From Octopus bimaculoides (taxonomy: Eukaryota), in assembly GCF_001194135.2 (NCBI RefSeq), contig NC_068982.1, positions 165,668,664 to 165,732,663 on the forward strand: a stretch of DNA of 64,000 bases, in the 5' to 3' direction. Under the pieces are notes generated by a model. The model saw nothing but the letters and a program-made list of their open reading frames with translations, did no database searches and was not told where the DNA came from. Below are positions 51,760-64,000 of this stretch, piece after piece. Within the stretch, counting starts at the first letter, position 1; every line of letters starts with the position of its first letter. A program made the translations under genes and the position numbers.

Positions 51760-53789
51760 GTATATATATTTTTATATATAGTTGAAAAAAGATTAGAGAT
51801 CTATACAAATCAAATTTTTATATAGAAAAGATGGAGGTGGAAATAACACAGAAGTCTAAAAAATTTCAATCTAAGAAAGAATTTAATAAACAAAAAATTA
51901 TTAAAATATTGTATAAAGAAGATATTACCGGTTTCGATGCATCTCATCTTATCAAATATCAGTAAAAAATTATAAAAATTTGAAGTAAAACAGCTTATCT
52001 TCTGTCTGGGAGTCAAGAACATGTCTGGAGATTTTTCGCTGAAGTCTTCTTTAAATATAGTTTGATATAGTATTTGATTGTGGGAGAAGGGGTGTCTATT
52101 GTTTAAAAGAAATCTTTGTGTGTTCATGCCAAGGGAGTTACTAAAAAGCATTTATTGAATGGGTTTTATATCCACCTATGTAAGTGTGTGTATCGTGTTG
52201 AATGTCCTTTCAATATGTTTTGAAAAATGACCAGCTGTGTTGATGGGTGCGTATATTGTGAAAAATGTCCTGTTGAGTTACGATTTTTCTTTGGGTTAGA
52301 TGAATGTATTGTTTTGAGCGTCTCCATTTGTGTATATGTGTGTGGTCACCATCTGTATGTATGCGTGTTGGTGTGTGTGTTAGTGATGTTTTCTTTTGTG
52401 TATATGTGTGTGAGTGTATGTGTGGGTGGGTGTGAGTACGTATGTGTTTGTCTATTTTTGCGATGTTTTCTTTTGTGTGTATCTGTGTGTATATCTGTGC
52501 TTGTGCGTGTGTTTGTGCGTGTTTCTACGGAATTGTATGTGTGTGTGTGTATGTGTGTGTGTGTGTTTGTGACGTTTTCTTTTGTATGAGTGTGTGAGTG
52601 TATGTGTGTGTGCTTTTGTGATGTTTTGTTTTTTGCGTATGTTTGTGTGTCTACTGGCATATATGAATATTGGATAAGAGATTTAGAAAGCGACGGGAAG
52701 TATTTTTCAAAATAATAATATGTATAAAATTGTTTTAAGTGTCTGTTTTTATATATTGGTTGTGGTTGGATCTATATTTAATTGTGGTTTATACTTCCTG
52801 ATAAATTGTCTTTCTTTATTCAGCTTTTGTTGTTTGAAGGACTCTGAACACTTGTAGAGGGGAAATATTTTGAAATTTCGTAAGACCATTCCTGCACAGG
52901 CTGCGATGTGACTGCTTAAAGGAATTCTCCTTGTGCTTTTGTCTCGGATCTGTATGTATATGTGTAAGTGTGTGTGTGTGTGTGCTTATGTGCATGTGCG
53001 TGTGTGTGTATATTAATATATTCATGTCTGCGTATATATTCATGTCTGTGTATATATTAATATATTCATGTCTGCGGTTCTGGTATGTATATATACTAGC
53101 TGGTGTACCTGGTAATTCTCGGAGGTGAAGATGTTCTATTGAAACGCCTTATTACTCTGATATAAGAAGGCAATTTCGTTATAACTACCACAAAAGGTAT
53201 ATTTTCCGTCACGAAAAAGTACAAAAAACTGAAGCTGGAGGAGGGAGCGATTGTTGGAGGTTGATGAGAGAGGTTTTCGGAGGTTGGCGAGAAAGATTGT
53301 CGGAGGTTGGTGACAGAGGTTATATAAATATATGGATGAAGTGTTTAAAGAAAGTGCAATAATAACGGTCACACTCACTGATGGTCGCTCTCAGTAACTG
53401 CCTTTAGGTTACGGAGTTCTTGTTTTTATAACTATCGAAAAGCAGCCAGAAGGATAGACATATTGTTGAGAACAAATGATTTCGTTCGAGGTCTGTTATC
53501 TCCATTCCAGCCAGTGGTGGCCTAGAAGGGTCAAGCGGCAAAGACATTATTCTGCTTAGCGAAAGCAGCGGGGAAATGTATAATTGCTGCCATTCACAGA
53601 AAAAACTATTGTTTTACCGTGAGAAAAGCGCTGTTGAAGTGTTAAGTAATATTTGGCAATAAAGGATTGAATTTACGCTATGCCTGCATGAAGCTACTAC
53701 AAATATGCTGTGGAATAAAAAATTTATCTACTGTCATGGAAAAAGTGTAACGGTAAAAATGCAGAATTATCGGAGTAATGGACATTCAA

Positions 53790-54108
53790 AAAAGTATGTA
53801 TGTATAGAAATGTACGAAATATCCCGGCTATGGAAAATGAAGAAGGTGAAGGTAGTGCCAACTACTGTTGGGTCCTTGGGAAAAGTAGCAGAAGACATCA
53901 AGTGGAATATAAAGGAAATTGGAATAGAGTGCCCAGTAGAGCTGTTAAAAAAGGTTCGCCTCCTTGGCACGACCAGGACAATCAGGAAAGTATTAGATAG
54001 CTGTAAAGAACGAATAGCATGGTACTGTAAGCTGCACGTAGTAAGTCCGCTACGCATATAAGACTCCAGGAGCTCCAACAAAACTTGTGATAAAGAGAAA
54101 TGATAATG

Positions 54109-54110
<2 letters not shown>
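53790..54110 (+). mobile_element. R4/Dong-type (restriction-like endonuclease) LINE 3' end, copy 1
   Basis: YEISRLWKMKKVKVVPTTVGSLGKVAEDIKWNIKEIGIECPVELLKKVRLLGTTRTIRKVLD matches the R4/Dong C-terminal pattern W...V-P-I-V-V-G-A-L-G...LQKxxLLGTAxIxRxVL; ends in (AAT)n. Confidence 0.75.
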
Positions 54111-54176
<66 letters not shown>

Positions 54177-54177
54177 C

Positions 54178-54560
54178 TGAAGACGAAAACAATACCTATT
54201 GTCATAGGTGCCCTGGGAATGACAGCGAAACGGGCTGATTACTACCTAGCTCAAATACCAGGAAACCCCAAAATGGCTGAAGTTCAAAAGATAGTGCTCA
54301 TGGGAACTGCCCATATCCTACGTAAAATACCGTCTATGTGATCTCAAATTTTAAAGCAAACACATAATTTTCTTATGGTTTCTTAAACATTCACTTGAAC
54401 AAAACTGTACAAATCCANNNNNNNNNNNNNNNNNNNNNNNNNNNNNNNNNNNNNNNNNNNNNNNNNNNNNNNNNNNNNNNNNNNNNNNNNNNNNNNNNNN
54501 NNNNNNNNNNNNNNNNNNNNNNNNNNNNNNNNNNNNNNNNNNNNNNGAGAAATGATAATG

Positions 54561-54625
<65 letters not shown>

Positions 54626-54752
54626 TGTACAAATCCAAATATATGGTACCCTAGGCATAACACCTACATGAACTTCTAACTTGTTGTCTCTTGAGGTCTC
54701 TGGGTGAGACTTGGATCCAACTTGTACAAATGCAAAACAAAAGTCAAACATA
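54178..54752 (+). mobile_element. R4/Dong-type LINE 3' end, copy 2 (different subfamily), between (AAT)n arrays and spanning a gap
   Basis: LKTKTIPIVIGALGMTAKRADYYLAQIPGNPKMAEVQKIVLMGTAHILRK; starts right after (AAT)n and ends in (AAT)n at ~54753-54786. Confidence 0.78.
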
Positions 54753-54753
54753 A

Positions 54754-54786
<33 letters not shown>

Positions 54787-56151
54787 TGCAGTATGTACAA
54801 TTGAGTATTTCTTCCTCTTTTTGACAAGCACAGAATTTCATGATTACTTGTTAAAAATCTTTGTAACATAACACAGTAAACAAATAATTAAGAATACAAA
54901 TGTAAATTTATAATCACGATAGGGAAGCCGTGGCTTTCGAGGCAATTATCCATTAAAAGTATCTCTTTCACAAAAATTTTAAGAAATTATCATATCTGAT
55001 TTTTCATCACATAGGCTTGATTATACCACGATGGATGTTTTGTATTTGCAAACCACCACTAGGTCATGCATTATAGTGTAATAATGTCAAGATATTCAGT
55101 ATATATTAAATTTATCCGAGGTCGCTGTTCTGCCACTAACGGCAAAAATTAAAAGTAGTTTTTGGCAACAACTCCATACTACATAGAAAGGAACAATTTT
55201 CGTGATAGTTTATGGGAAATACTGATTACATGTGATCTGTCTTGAATAATTAGGTTTTTTTTTTTTTCATATATAATCACGGTCGATTCATGGGTTTTTC
55301 AATGATTCAGTACAGATTTTGTAGCAACCTTTTAGGTATAACATGATGTAACGGACATTAGTGAAGGTGTTCATTTTACATTTTGTCGATATTGGCATAA
55401 CAGTATTTATACCCGAGGCTGTCGAGCAACCGAGGCAGAAAATAAGGATATGATCATGTTGAAACTGAGGAGAAACGTATTTGTGATTAAAAATACGGCT
55501 AGAATCAGGGAGAATAATGCATCACCTTCCGGATCGGCAAATCCGTGATTTATGCAATCACAATAACATAACTGCACTTACACATCACATTCTATCATTC
55601 TGCATTCACCCCCACCATTGAACACTCCATATATGCATTCTTATCAAACACAAGACATAAACTATTCTATAAATTTATATATTCACATAGAATGAACATA
55701 CCTCACACTCTGGCAAATGGTCACTACACGTCAAGTGAATGCCAATGTAATATTGTTTAATTGTAGGTCATGTTTCATCGAGCAGTTACGTCACGTAGAT
55801 TCTTTTGTTTACCATTGCCAGTGAATGACAGTTATCATCTTGCCTTAGAAAACTCTAACACACATGCACACAGACAGACGCGCGTGGCTACACACACAAA
55901 CACACACACCGCACGTGTATTATTCCAGTAGGTTCAAAAGGAAACCATAAAGTACCGATATATATGCCTAAGAGTTGAAAAATATTTAATCCATTTTCGT
56001 GGTGTCTTTAAGTGAGTGCATGTATGTATATTATTGTCTGTTTATATGTATGCATGTTTTATATGTACATATATTTATATGCATACATTTTTATGGGTAT
56101 ATATATATATATATGTGTGTGTGTGAGTGTGTGTGCGTGTATGTGTGTGTG

Positions 56152-56246
<95 letters not shown>

Positions 56247-56573
56247 AATGCGTATGTGTGTGTATACAGATGCTTGTTTTGTGTTTGTTTTTTTATGTGA
56301 ATGTGTGGTGCGTGTGTACCTTTATGCGTTATTATGTCCGCGTGTATACGCCTCTCAGTGCACGTAGATGCATGCGTATGTATATATGTATAATATATAT
56401 ATGCGCGCACATTGCATGTGCTATACAATATTTATGCATGTATGGATGTATTACTTGCATGCGTGAATATGTATTTGACTATGTATTTGTATATGCGTAT
56501 ATGTTTATACATATGTGTTTACGATCGTGTGAAAGAGTATGTATGCATATACGTGCATTCATATACGTGTGTG

Positions 56574-56627
<54 letters not shown>

Positions 56628-56855
56628 CAGCATTTTCTAAGCTTATATATACGTGTGTGTGTTTGTGTGTGTGCGTGCGTGTATATACATATATGTGCGC
56701 GTGCGTGTATATATATATACGTATATTTGTGTGTCTGTTTTTAATTTTATTTTTATTTTTCTTTTTTTTCTTTCGATCATGCAATACACTATAAAGTAAC
56801 TCTAGCTAAATTTTTTGCTTAGTCTCTGATGTGCCATAGGTGAAACAGAATTTGG

Positions 56856-56901
<46 letters not shown>

Positions 56902-58229
56902 ATGTGGATAATACACACATACACACACATATACATACATACACACACATACATACACGCATACACACATACATGCATGCATACATACATACATACATAC
57001 ATACATGCATGCATGCATGCATTACATACATACATACATACATACATGCATACATACATACATACATACATGCATACATACATACATACATACATACATA
57101 CATACACACGACTCTGGGCATCATGTCATAGGGCTGGCTGGCAAAATTACAGCCACCTAACAACGACTAATGACGTCATCCTGTGATACTAAGTAGGAAA
57201 GATGGCATCATGCAAGGTTTTAACAAACAGCACTGTTTTATTGGTCTACAATGCTGAGTTCAACTTCCCGTTATAAATAGGAAAGAGCAACCCAACCAAT
57301 ATATAAGTGCATTATTATAGTTGTTATCCTTTCCAAATTTTAAATAAGTTTCCGTAAAGAACCTGATAGAGTTGTGTGTTCGTATGTGTTCCCGTGTATG
57401 TACACGTATGTGTGTAAGTGCGTGTATGCGTGCGTGTGCGTGTGTGCGTGTCTGTGTTTCCGTTTCGGATGCGTCTATGTATGTGTCGCTGTTTCGTGGG
57501 AATTGAACAAATTCTGGATTAACATCTTTTTCTCAACATATAATTTTCAAAATGTATTTCAAAAAGCAAAAAGAAAAACTACTAGTAAGAAATGGAAAAG
57601 ATTACACGTCAGTAGGCCTTAACAAGCAACATTTTGATGAAGAATTATCTCGTGCTCCACGTAAAATACGTTAGTCTTAAATACCGTTTCAACGTGCTTT
57701 TCCTTTAATAAGAATTTCACTCAAATTATATATATGAAGGTTTGATTTATCGAACGGTGGCAATTAGCGTTCGTACTGGTCACAAAGATAGTGTAAAATC
57801 GTAATGCTTCAACAACTACCTCATTATAAGAAACACTAATTGTTTTTCTCCGCGTAACTAGCAATTCTATCAAAACCGATTTGCTGTAAGTTAGCATTCC
57901 TACTATATTTTGAGAGTAATTATTTTGTCTGAATTTAGTTTAAAACTTATCAAGACAACTACGAGATGATGTAAAGGCGCGCGGCTTCATGAATGAATTT
58001 TAGTAGATATTATTCGTGGCAATGCAGCCAGCATAATTTCCAGTCACACCTACTCTATTGTCGAATGATCTGGTTATACTTATTTTCTACGAACTTACAT
58101 TATATGCAAACTGCAAATATATAGCTACCGGACGAATGTAAGTCATTTTGAATAACTTAACAGTAATATAGGTGAATAGTAAAATATGTGATTTAGCGGT
58201 AAAGGTGGAAACAGTCCCAATTACATCAA

Positions 58230-58283
58230 TGATTCTTTTATTTGTTTCACCCATGCAGTTGCGATCATGCTGGAGCACTACCA
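58230..58283 (-). mobile_element. Isolated 3' tail of the CR1-type LINE / family B SINE group
   Basis: Reverse complement GGTAGTGCTCCAGCATGATCGCAACTGCATGGGTGAAACAAATAAAAGAAT resembles the tails at 22659 and 38860. Confidence 0.65.
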
Positions 58284-58392
58284 TGGATAATGTATAGAGT
58301 AAAGTTTAAAATAAAATTTACTTTCAATGAATGATTAATTTGCAGAGTAGCAATATTGAGATTATGTGTGTGTGTGTGTGTGTGTGTGTTAA

Positions 58393-58974
58393 ATCCTAAC
58401 TTAAACAGCAATTAAAAGCAGGGATGCTATAGCTACCTATTGACGATAGGCTGTAGGCAGTTTATCCATTGAGCAGACACATGCATAATAGGATAAACGA
58501 ATAAATAGACAAAACAACTGGTATCGTGTTAGATTGTTCTGTCTTTAAACATGATGGTTAATTTGACACATAAGCATAAATCATAAGAAGAAAGGAAGTC
58601 ATTAAGTCTGCAGAAATACTGTTACAGCTGCTTCCAGAACAGATGTGTAGATGGTACATCTTGTGGAAAGCAAGGTAGTTTTCCATATGTATCAACGATC
58701 TATTCCATCATTGGAGAGATAATGAGATACAACAGCGATCTATTCCTATGCTGACTTAATTAATTACTTCCTTTCTTCTTATCATTTATACTGATGTGAC
58801 GAATTAACCATCATGTTTAAAGACATAAAAAAATCTAACACGGTACCAGTTGTTTTGTCTATTTATTCGTTTATTCTATTATGCATGTGTCTGCCAAATT
58901 GATAAACTACCTATATCCCATCGTCAATAGGTAGCTATAACAACCCTGCTTTTAATTGCTGTTCAAGTTAGGGC
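58393..58974. mobile_element. 582-bp foldback element with ~220-bp terminal inverted repeats, TTAA on both sides
   Basis: TTAA|ATCCTAACTTAAACAGCAATTAAAAGCAGGG...CCCTGCTTTTAATTGCTGTTCAAGTTAGGGC|TTAA. Arms ~58393-58612 and ~58752-58974 pair along their length with scattered mismatches. Confidence 0.85.
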
Positions 58975-59246
58975 TTAAGGCAGCAAGTCCTGCATGCACC
59001 TGTTACTATTTCAACCGCGTGTCAGTTCTTGAAACACCTGTAGGAGGCTTTCTGCATATATCACTTCCTTCTTATGATCCATACCCATGTAACAAGTGAA
59101 TTATTATGTTTAAAGATATAAATATCATAATCTAACACGAACCAATTCTTTTGCCTTTTTATACTTTTATCCTATGATGCACACACCTCACATATACACA
59201 CACACACATACGCTAAACGTTCTATTTTCCTATTTGTATTAACAAA

Positions 59247-59293
<47 letters not shown>

Positions 59294-59343
59294 NNNNNNN
59301 NNNNNNNNNNNNNNNNNNNNNNNNNNNNNNNNNNNNNNNNNCC

Positions 59344-59374
<31 letters not shown>

Positions 59375-60419
59375 CCTCTCTCTCTTTCTCTCTCTTACTC
59401 ACACTCTGATAAAAGACCGAGACTTGAATGAAAAATAAAAATAAAAAGAGAAAAAGACGGAAAAGTATAGGAAGTATATAGTGACACAGTTTATGAATTT
59501 GTTGAAACTAATTCCGTCATTCGCTAAAAGTGTACTATAACTTAGAATGGGTAGATTCTTATATTTAATATTTTTGGTATAAATGTGAAAGGGAAAGGTC
59601 AAGCAATTTGTACCAGAATATATTTGCAGACGGATTTAGACGTGAACTGTTATGAAGTGTTGTTAAAGTAATAATAATTATTAGCAGGGTATCAATTATA
59701 TCAGTACAAAGGAAGCTAGTGGTTGCATAAAGTATAATTACAAAAGGTAAAATTTTAGTTGTTAGTGAATGAAAATATTCAAAAATACATATTCTAAAAT
59801 ATATACCTGGTTCGCTGTAGTCAATAAGCTGGAAATAGTAAATAGCATAATGAATAATATATGAATAAGATGGATACGCAGCATGGTGATACGCCTGAAT
59901 AAGTGAGTATGTGGTGAAATTGTTAAAGCTATAAATTAGTACTTGTCTAAGTGACAGAAAAACGCTTCTGGTTTGTTTTAATGATTGTGAAATATGTAAA
60001 AAGAAAATGTCAGTGTATCACAGAAAGCGATGGCAATGAATATAGAAAATTTAATATAAATAATAGAAAAGTATACTCGGATGATATCTTAGAGATATTT
60101 AATTAATATTGATATTTGAAGATAAAAATGTTATATATAAATTACCAGTCAGTTGGATACCTAGCTCTTGTCTATGGATTGCGTAACTTGCCTATGATGA
60201 TAACTTGCCTATGATAGAGCTCGGAATGAATTACTTTACTGTAGTAGAACTTAAAAGCATTAGCACTAAAACCAGCGTATGTTTTATTGGAGGGTTGCTT
60301 TGTATGTACCAGTTATACACTATGTGTAATTTGTCCATATTTGACGTCTTAGTAGTTTCTTACAAATATCAAGTGTTCTTTTTCGGTTCACTTTCAGAAG
60401 GATATCATTTTGGTGTTCG

Positions 60420-61560
60420 GAAAACTAATTATTAACTTGTTGGTTGACGGAGTGGCTAGACACTCTAAAGGAAATATTTTTGGCTAAATTATTAATTGTA
60501 TTCATCGGGCGCTTAGACCGTTTGTAGATATAGTTCATTGGATTTACAATATCGAGAGGGGTTAGAAGTGTGAAGCATTTGAAGAATAAGTATACATTTA
60601 ACCAAAACCCATCATCAAATCTATTTTAATAAATGCCAACATCTTTAATTTTACGTATATAAATTTATAATTGTACAATGGTTATCATGAATGTAGGCGA
60701 ATTAATTTTCAATATAGATAATAAGGAGAAATAGAGAAGGCCAGTATTTTCAACCAAATTTTGCTTACAGTAAAGCGAGTATTGGGTTGCTTTTTAATGC
60801 ATGTGAAAATGTGTAAATTTGCTACAGTTTTACGTGACCGTAGTATTATCATATCTATTTTAGGAGCATTAATATCGGTAACTGATTTAGCAAAAGCTAA
60901 GGCGCTAATGATTAGCGATCGGTAGTGGAAGTAATAGTTTTGTCATATCAAATAGTGGAAAATTGCTGCTAGATTTATAACGGACAGATTTGTATCAACT
61001 AATTACGACTTGTGTGTTGTTTCATTAATATAAATATAATATCTCCTAAATGTTAGGAATAAATTTATATAATGGATATAAGCTAATTATCTATCCGTCT
61101 GATTTCGCTGAGTTAAGGTAATAGAGTCATTGGGATGCCAGTTCATTTTATGATCCTTAAAATAAAGAAGAATTTCCTAAGGGCTTAGCCTATTATCACG
61201 CTTCAGTTCGGTGATAACTATTGGACAACTATGTGAGCTTTGTTTAAGGTATTCCGGTGTGTTTTCATATCGGTAATTGTAACCGATATGGGGAAGAAAT
61301 CTGTTTTATCTCATCGTTTCGTTTCCAGGTTTCTGATTTCCTTTCGTTTGGGATTTAATTAAGACAGGAAATTTGACCTTTTCAATTAATTTGAAGCGAG
61401 AAGAGGAATTTGTTCAATGGAAGATATTTGTGGGAGTTGAATCAAATTAAAATTGATGTCTTGATTTTTCTTTAATCAGAAAAAACTTCCCTCTGCATTG
61501 AAATTTCGATAATGCTTCCAGTTATTTCAATGAGAGACATATATTTGAATGGGATGATTT
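60420..61560 (-). mobile_element. Heavily decayed PLE ORF of the KDHK/NPAKSE type
   Basis: Colinear minus-strand remnants: LIEKVKF (~61390-61369), DKT, KDHKMN (61158-61141), NSAKS (~61114-61099), ISALAFAKSVTDINAPKIDMIILRSRKT (~60905-60826), RFDDG (~60625-60608), NTINNLAKNISFRVSSHS (~60500-60450). Confidence 0.6.
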
Positions 61561-62087
61561 TTGGTGGAAATATCAAGATGATATATTTTAAATACAGCAG
61601 TTTTTAAAGGGCTTCACCAGAAGGAGATTAATTTTTATCCATGCTTGTTTATTTAAGCAAGTAATTCCGAAGCCTAAACTACATACTCAATGTGGTTGAA
61701 ACAGGGTATTAGATAATACTTAATTACACTTTACAATTTGCAATATTGTTTTGGTGACATGATCTTGGTAGCCTTGAAGGATTAAATGTGTGTGCGTGCG
61801 CGTGTGTGTGCGTGTGCGTGCGCGTGTGTGCGCATGCGCGTGTGTGCGCGTGCGCGTGCGCGTGTGTGTGTGTGCGTGTCGAACAAGAGTTAAAGACATC
61901 ATAAAAGAAGAAGAAGAAGAAGAAGAAGGAGAAGAAGAAGAAAGAAGAAGATGTCAGATGCATTGTCCTGTGTTCTTTGTAGAGTGTTACAACTCGTTGG
62001 CGCTGATTGGCCTCCAAACAAGACCAATCGATAACCTATAGAATAAAATGTCACTACATTAATGTTGATAACCTATGTAAGCGTGTA

Positions 62088-62310
62088 AGGCGGCGAGCTG
62101 GCAGAAACGTTAGCAAGCCGGGCGAAATGCGTATTTCGTCTGTCTTTACGTTCTGAGTTCAAATTCCGCTGAGGTCGACTTTGCCTGTCATCCTTTCGGA
62201 GTCGATAAATTAAGTACCAGTTGCGTACTGATATCGATGTAATCGACTGCCCCGGCAAAAAAAAAAAAAAAAAAAAAAATCGGGCCTTGTGCCTAAAGTA
62301 GAAAAGATTC
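62088..62310 (+). mobile_element. Well-preserved family A tRNA-derived SINE
   Basis: GGCGGCGAGCTGGCAGAAACGTTAGCAAGCCGGGCG...GAGTTCAAATTCCGCTGAGGTCGACTTTGCC...GGGCCTTGTGCCTAAAGTAGAA; A- and B-box-like motifs present. Confidence 0.92.
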
Positions 62311-63011
62311 TATGTAAATGTGTGAGTGTTGGTTAAACAATAGAAGAGATTGCCAGAGTTAAACTGGTAGTCAGGTGACTACAGATGATCATAATAGATA
62401 AACGAGAAATAAACTTGTTTCCAGCTAGCATTTGAGTGAGTTATTGGAACTGAGTCTTTCGCAAATATACAATAACAACGTGTGGTCTGCAAATCTTTGT
62501 GGTTTTCGCCAGTGTTTACAATTATCTAAAAAAAAAAAAAAATTTCTAATGTATCATATAGATGTAAATTTCGACACTAAACCTGAATTTGTTATTCATT
62601 TATTTCAGAAAAATTTGCAAAAATGTTACAGGTGTTCAAAGTTTCAGAATTTTCAGCCAATGAGAAAATAACGCGTTCACTGCTTCTTCTATCATCAGGG
62701 GTACGGTGAGTCATCGGTATGTCAAAACATTGCTACTTCCCTTGTACACACACACACACACACAAATATACACATGTACTCACACCTGGTTGAAACGCTG
62801 TTTGATTTTTCTTTTCTGCATTGAATATTCACCATCAAAATTTATATATATATATTTTTTTAAATGTATATATATGTACATATGAGATGCAGCACGGAAT
62901 TTTGTTATATATATGTATATTTTCCAAATGTATATATATCTCAAAATGTAACTACATGTGGACCGCTGACGATTTTCTTCCTCCGTCTTCCTTTTCTCTT
63001 GGACTTTCCTT

Positions 63012-63046
63012 GTTTCTGAAGAAAAGTTTTGCTCGAAACGTGAAAC
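63012..63046 (+). ncRNA. Degenerate minimal hammerhead ribozyme relic in a probable PLE-related terminal repeat (~62955-63130)
   Basis: Stem I GUUU/AAAC; CUGAAGA (63016-63022); extra A; weak stem II AAGU-UUU-GCUC; GAAAC (63035-63039); GU then G at the cleavage position, where A, C or U is required. Confidence 0.5.
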
Positions 63047-63170
63047 TACCTTTCTTTCCTTCCCTGAGCGTCTGTTAATACTTTGCATGTACCACTTTCT
63101 CGCGTTGTTTTTTCTTCTTGTGCTTTTCTTTTGTTTTTGGGGGGACGGGGGGGGATTAACTATATATACA

Positions 63171-63254
<84 letters not shown>

Positions 63255-63274
63255 GTGTGTGTGTGTATGTGTGT

Positions 63275-63314
<40 letters not shown>

Positions 63315-63414
63315 TAGATAGACGGGCTTGTTTGGATAAACCTCATATACAAATATGTACATAAAAATGGAGATATAGAAACAAGAACGTAGAAGAATAG
63401 ACTGAGAGAGATAC

Positions 63415-63479
<65 letters not shown>

Positions 63480-63520
63480 TAGACAGACAGACAGAGAGGA
63501 AGGAAAGAGAAAGTGAGAAA

Positions 63521-63578
<58 letters not shown>

Positions 63579-64000
63579 GCAGAAGACAGACAGCTAGACA
63601 GATAAACAGAAAGGCGGATCGTTGTTTATACAGTACTGCGCTTTAAAACTCTGTTGACTTCTTTTCAACTACGACGAAATACCCAAGATGCAGATAAGAT
63701 AGAGATTTTTATTTATTTACGGCCTCAAACATCTCAATACCTTGCGCTTTAGTTTTGTCCCTTATTATTTATCTTGTTTCTCTCCATGAAATTCAATTGA
63801 ATTCAGTTGTTGTCTTAAATTCATGCTTATTCATTTTCTAAGATTCCTAAATTCATGCTACGTTATATTCTAATCACCCAGAATTCATTGCTCTTTTAAA
63901 AAAATTACGATTTATGCATTGCTGTCTCTCAAATATTTAAAATATACAATTAAGAGCCCTCTCTACTCGCTGGCGGTACCTACCCACCACCACTACCCAT

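Noticed and set aside
51790-52190. Possible PLE N-terminal coding remnant
   Set aside because: Similarity too vague to call.
53271-53340. Three 23-bp degenerate repeats (GGAGGTTG core); also 12-bp x3 near 35245-35280
   Set aside because: Ordinary minisatellites with no spacers; not CRISPR-like, and the sequence is eukaryotic.
62660-62705. CTGATGA on the minus strand followed by GAACGCGTT (hammerhead-like)
   Set aside because: GAAA box incomplete, and no stem I or stem II pairing.

Overview
Eukaryotic, AT-rich, gap-containing scaffold sequence made almost entirely of microsatellites and decayed transposable elements. The SINE families and repeat landscape look like an octopus or other coleoid cephalopod genome; this is inferred from pattern recognition, not a database search. 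I found no host protein-coding gene I can support. Nearly all ORFs in the supplied track come from simple repeats, N-gaps or TE fossils. Supported content: at least three tRNA-derived SINE families; two CR1/L2-type LINE remnants, one interrupted by a SINE; an RTE 3' fragment; two R4/Dong-type 3' fragments in (AAT)n arrays; three Penelope-like (PLE) RT remnants; mariner, Tc1 and DD37D (maT) transposon fossils; two foldback non-autonomous elements. The most interesting signal is a minimal type-I hammerhead ribozyme fold (26866-26911) inside a short element with a tRNA-like Pol III head, i.e. a candidate ribozyme-bearing SINE that could depend on PLEs. A second, degenerate hammerhead lies at 63012-63046. 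Most TE boundaries are approximate (roughly 10-30 bp) unless termini are quoted.
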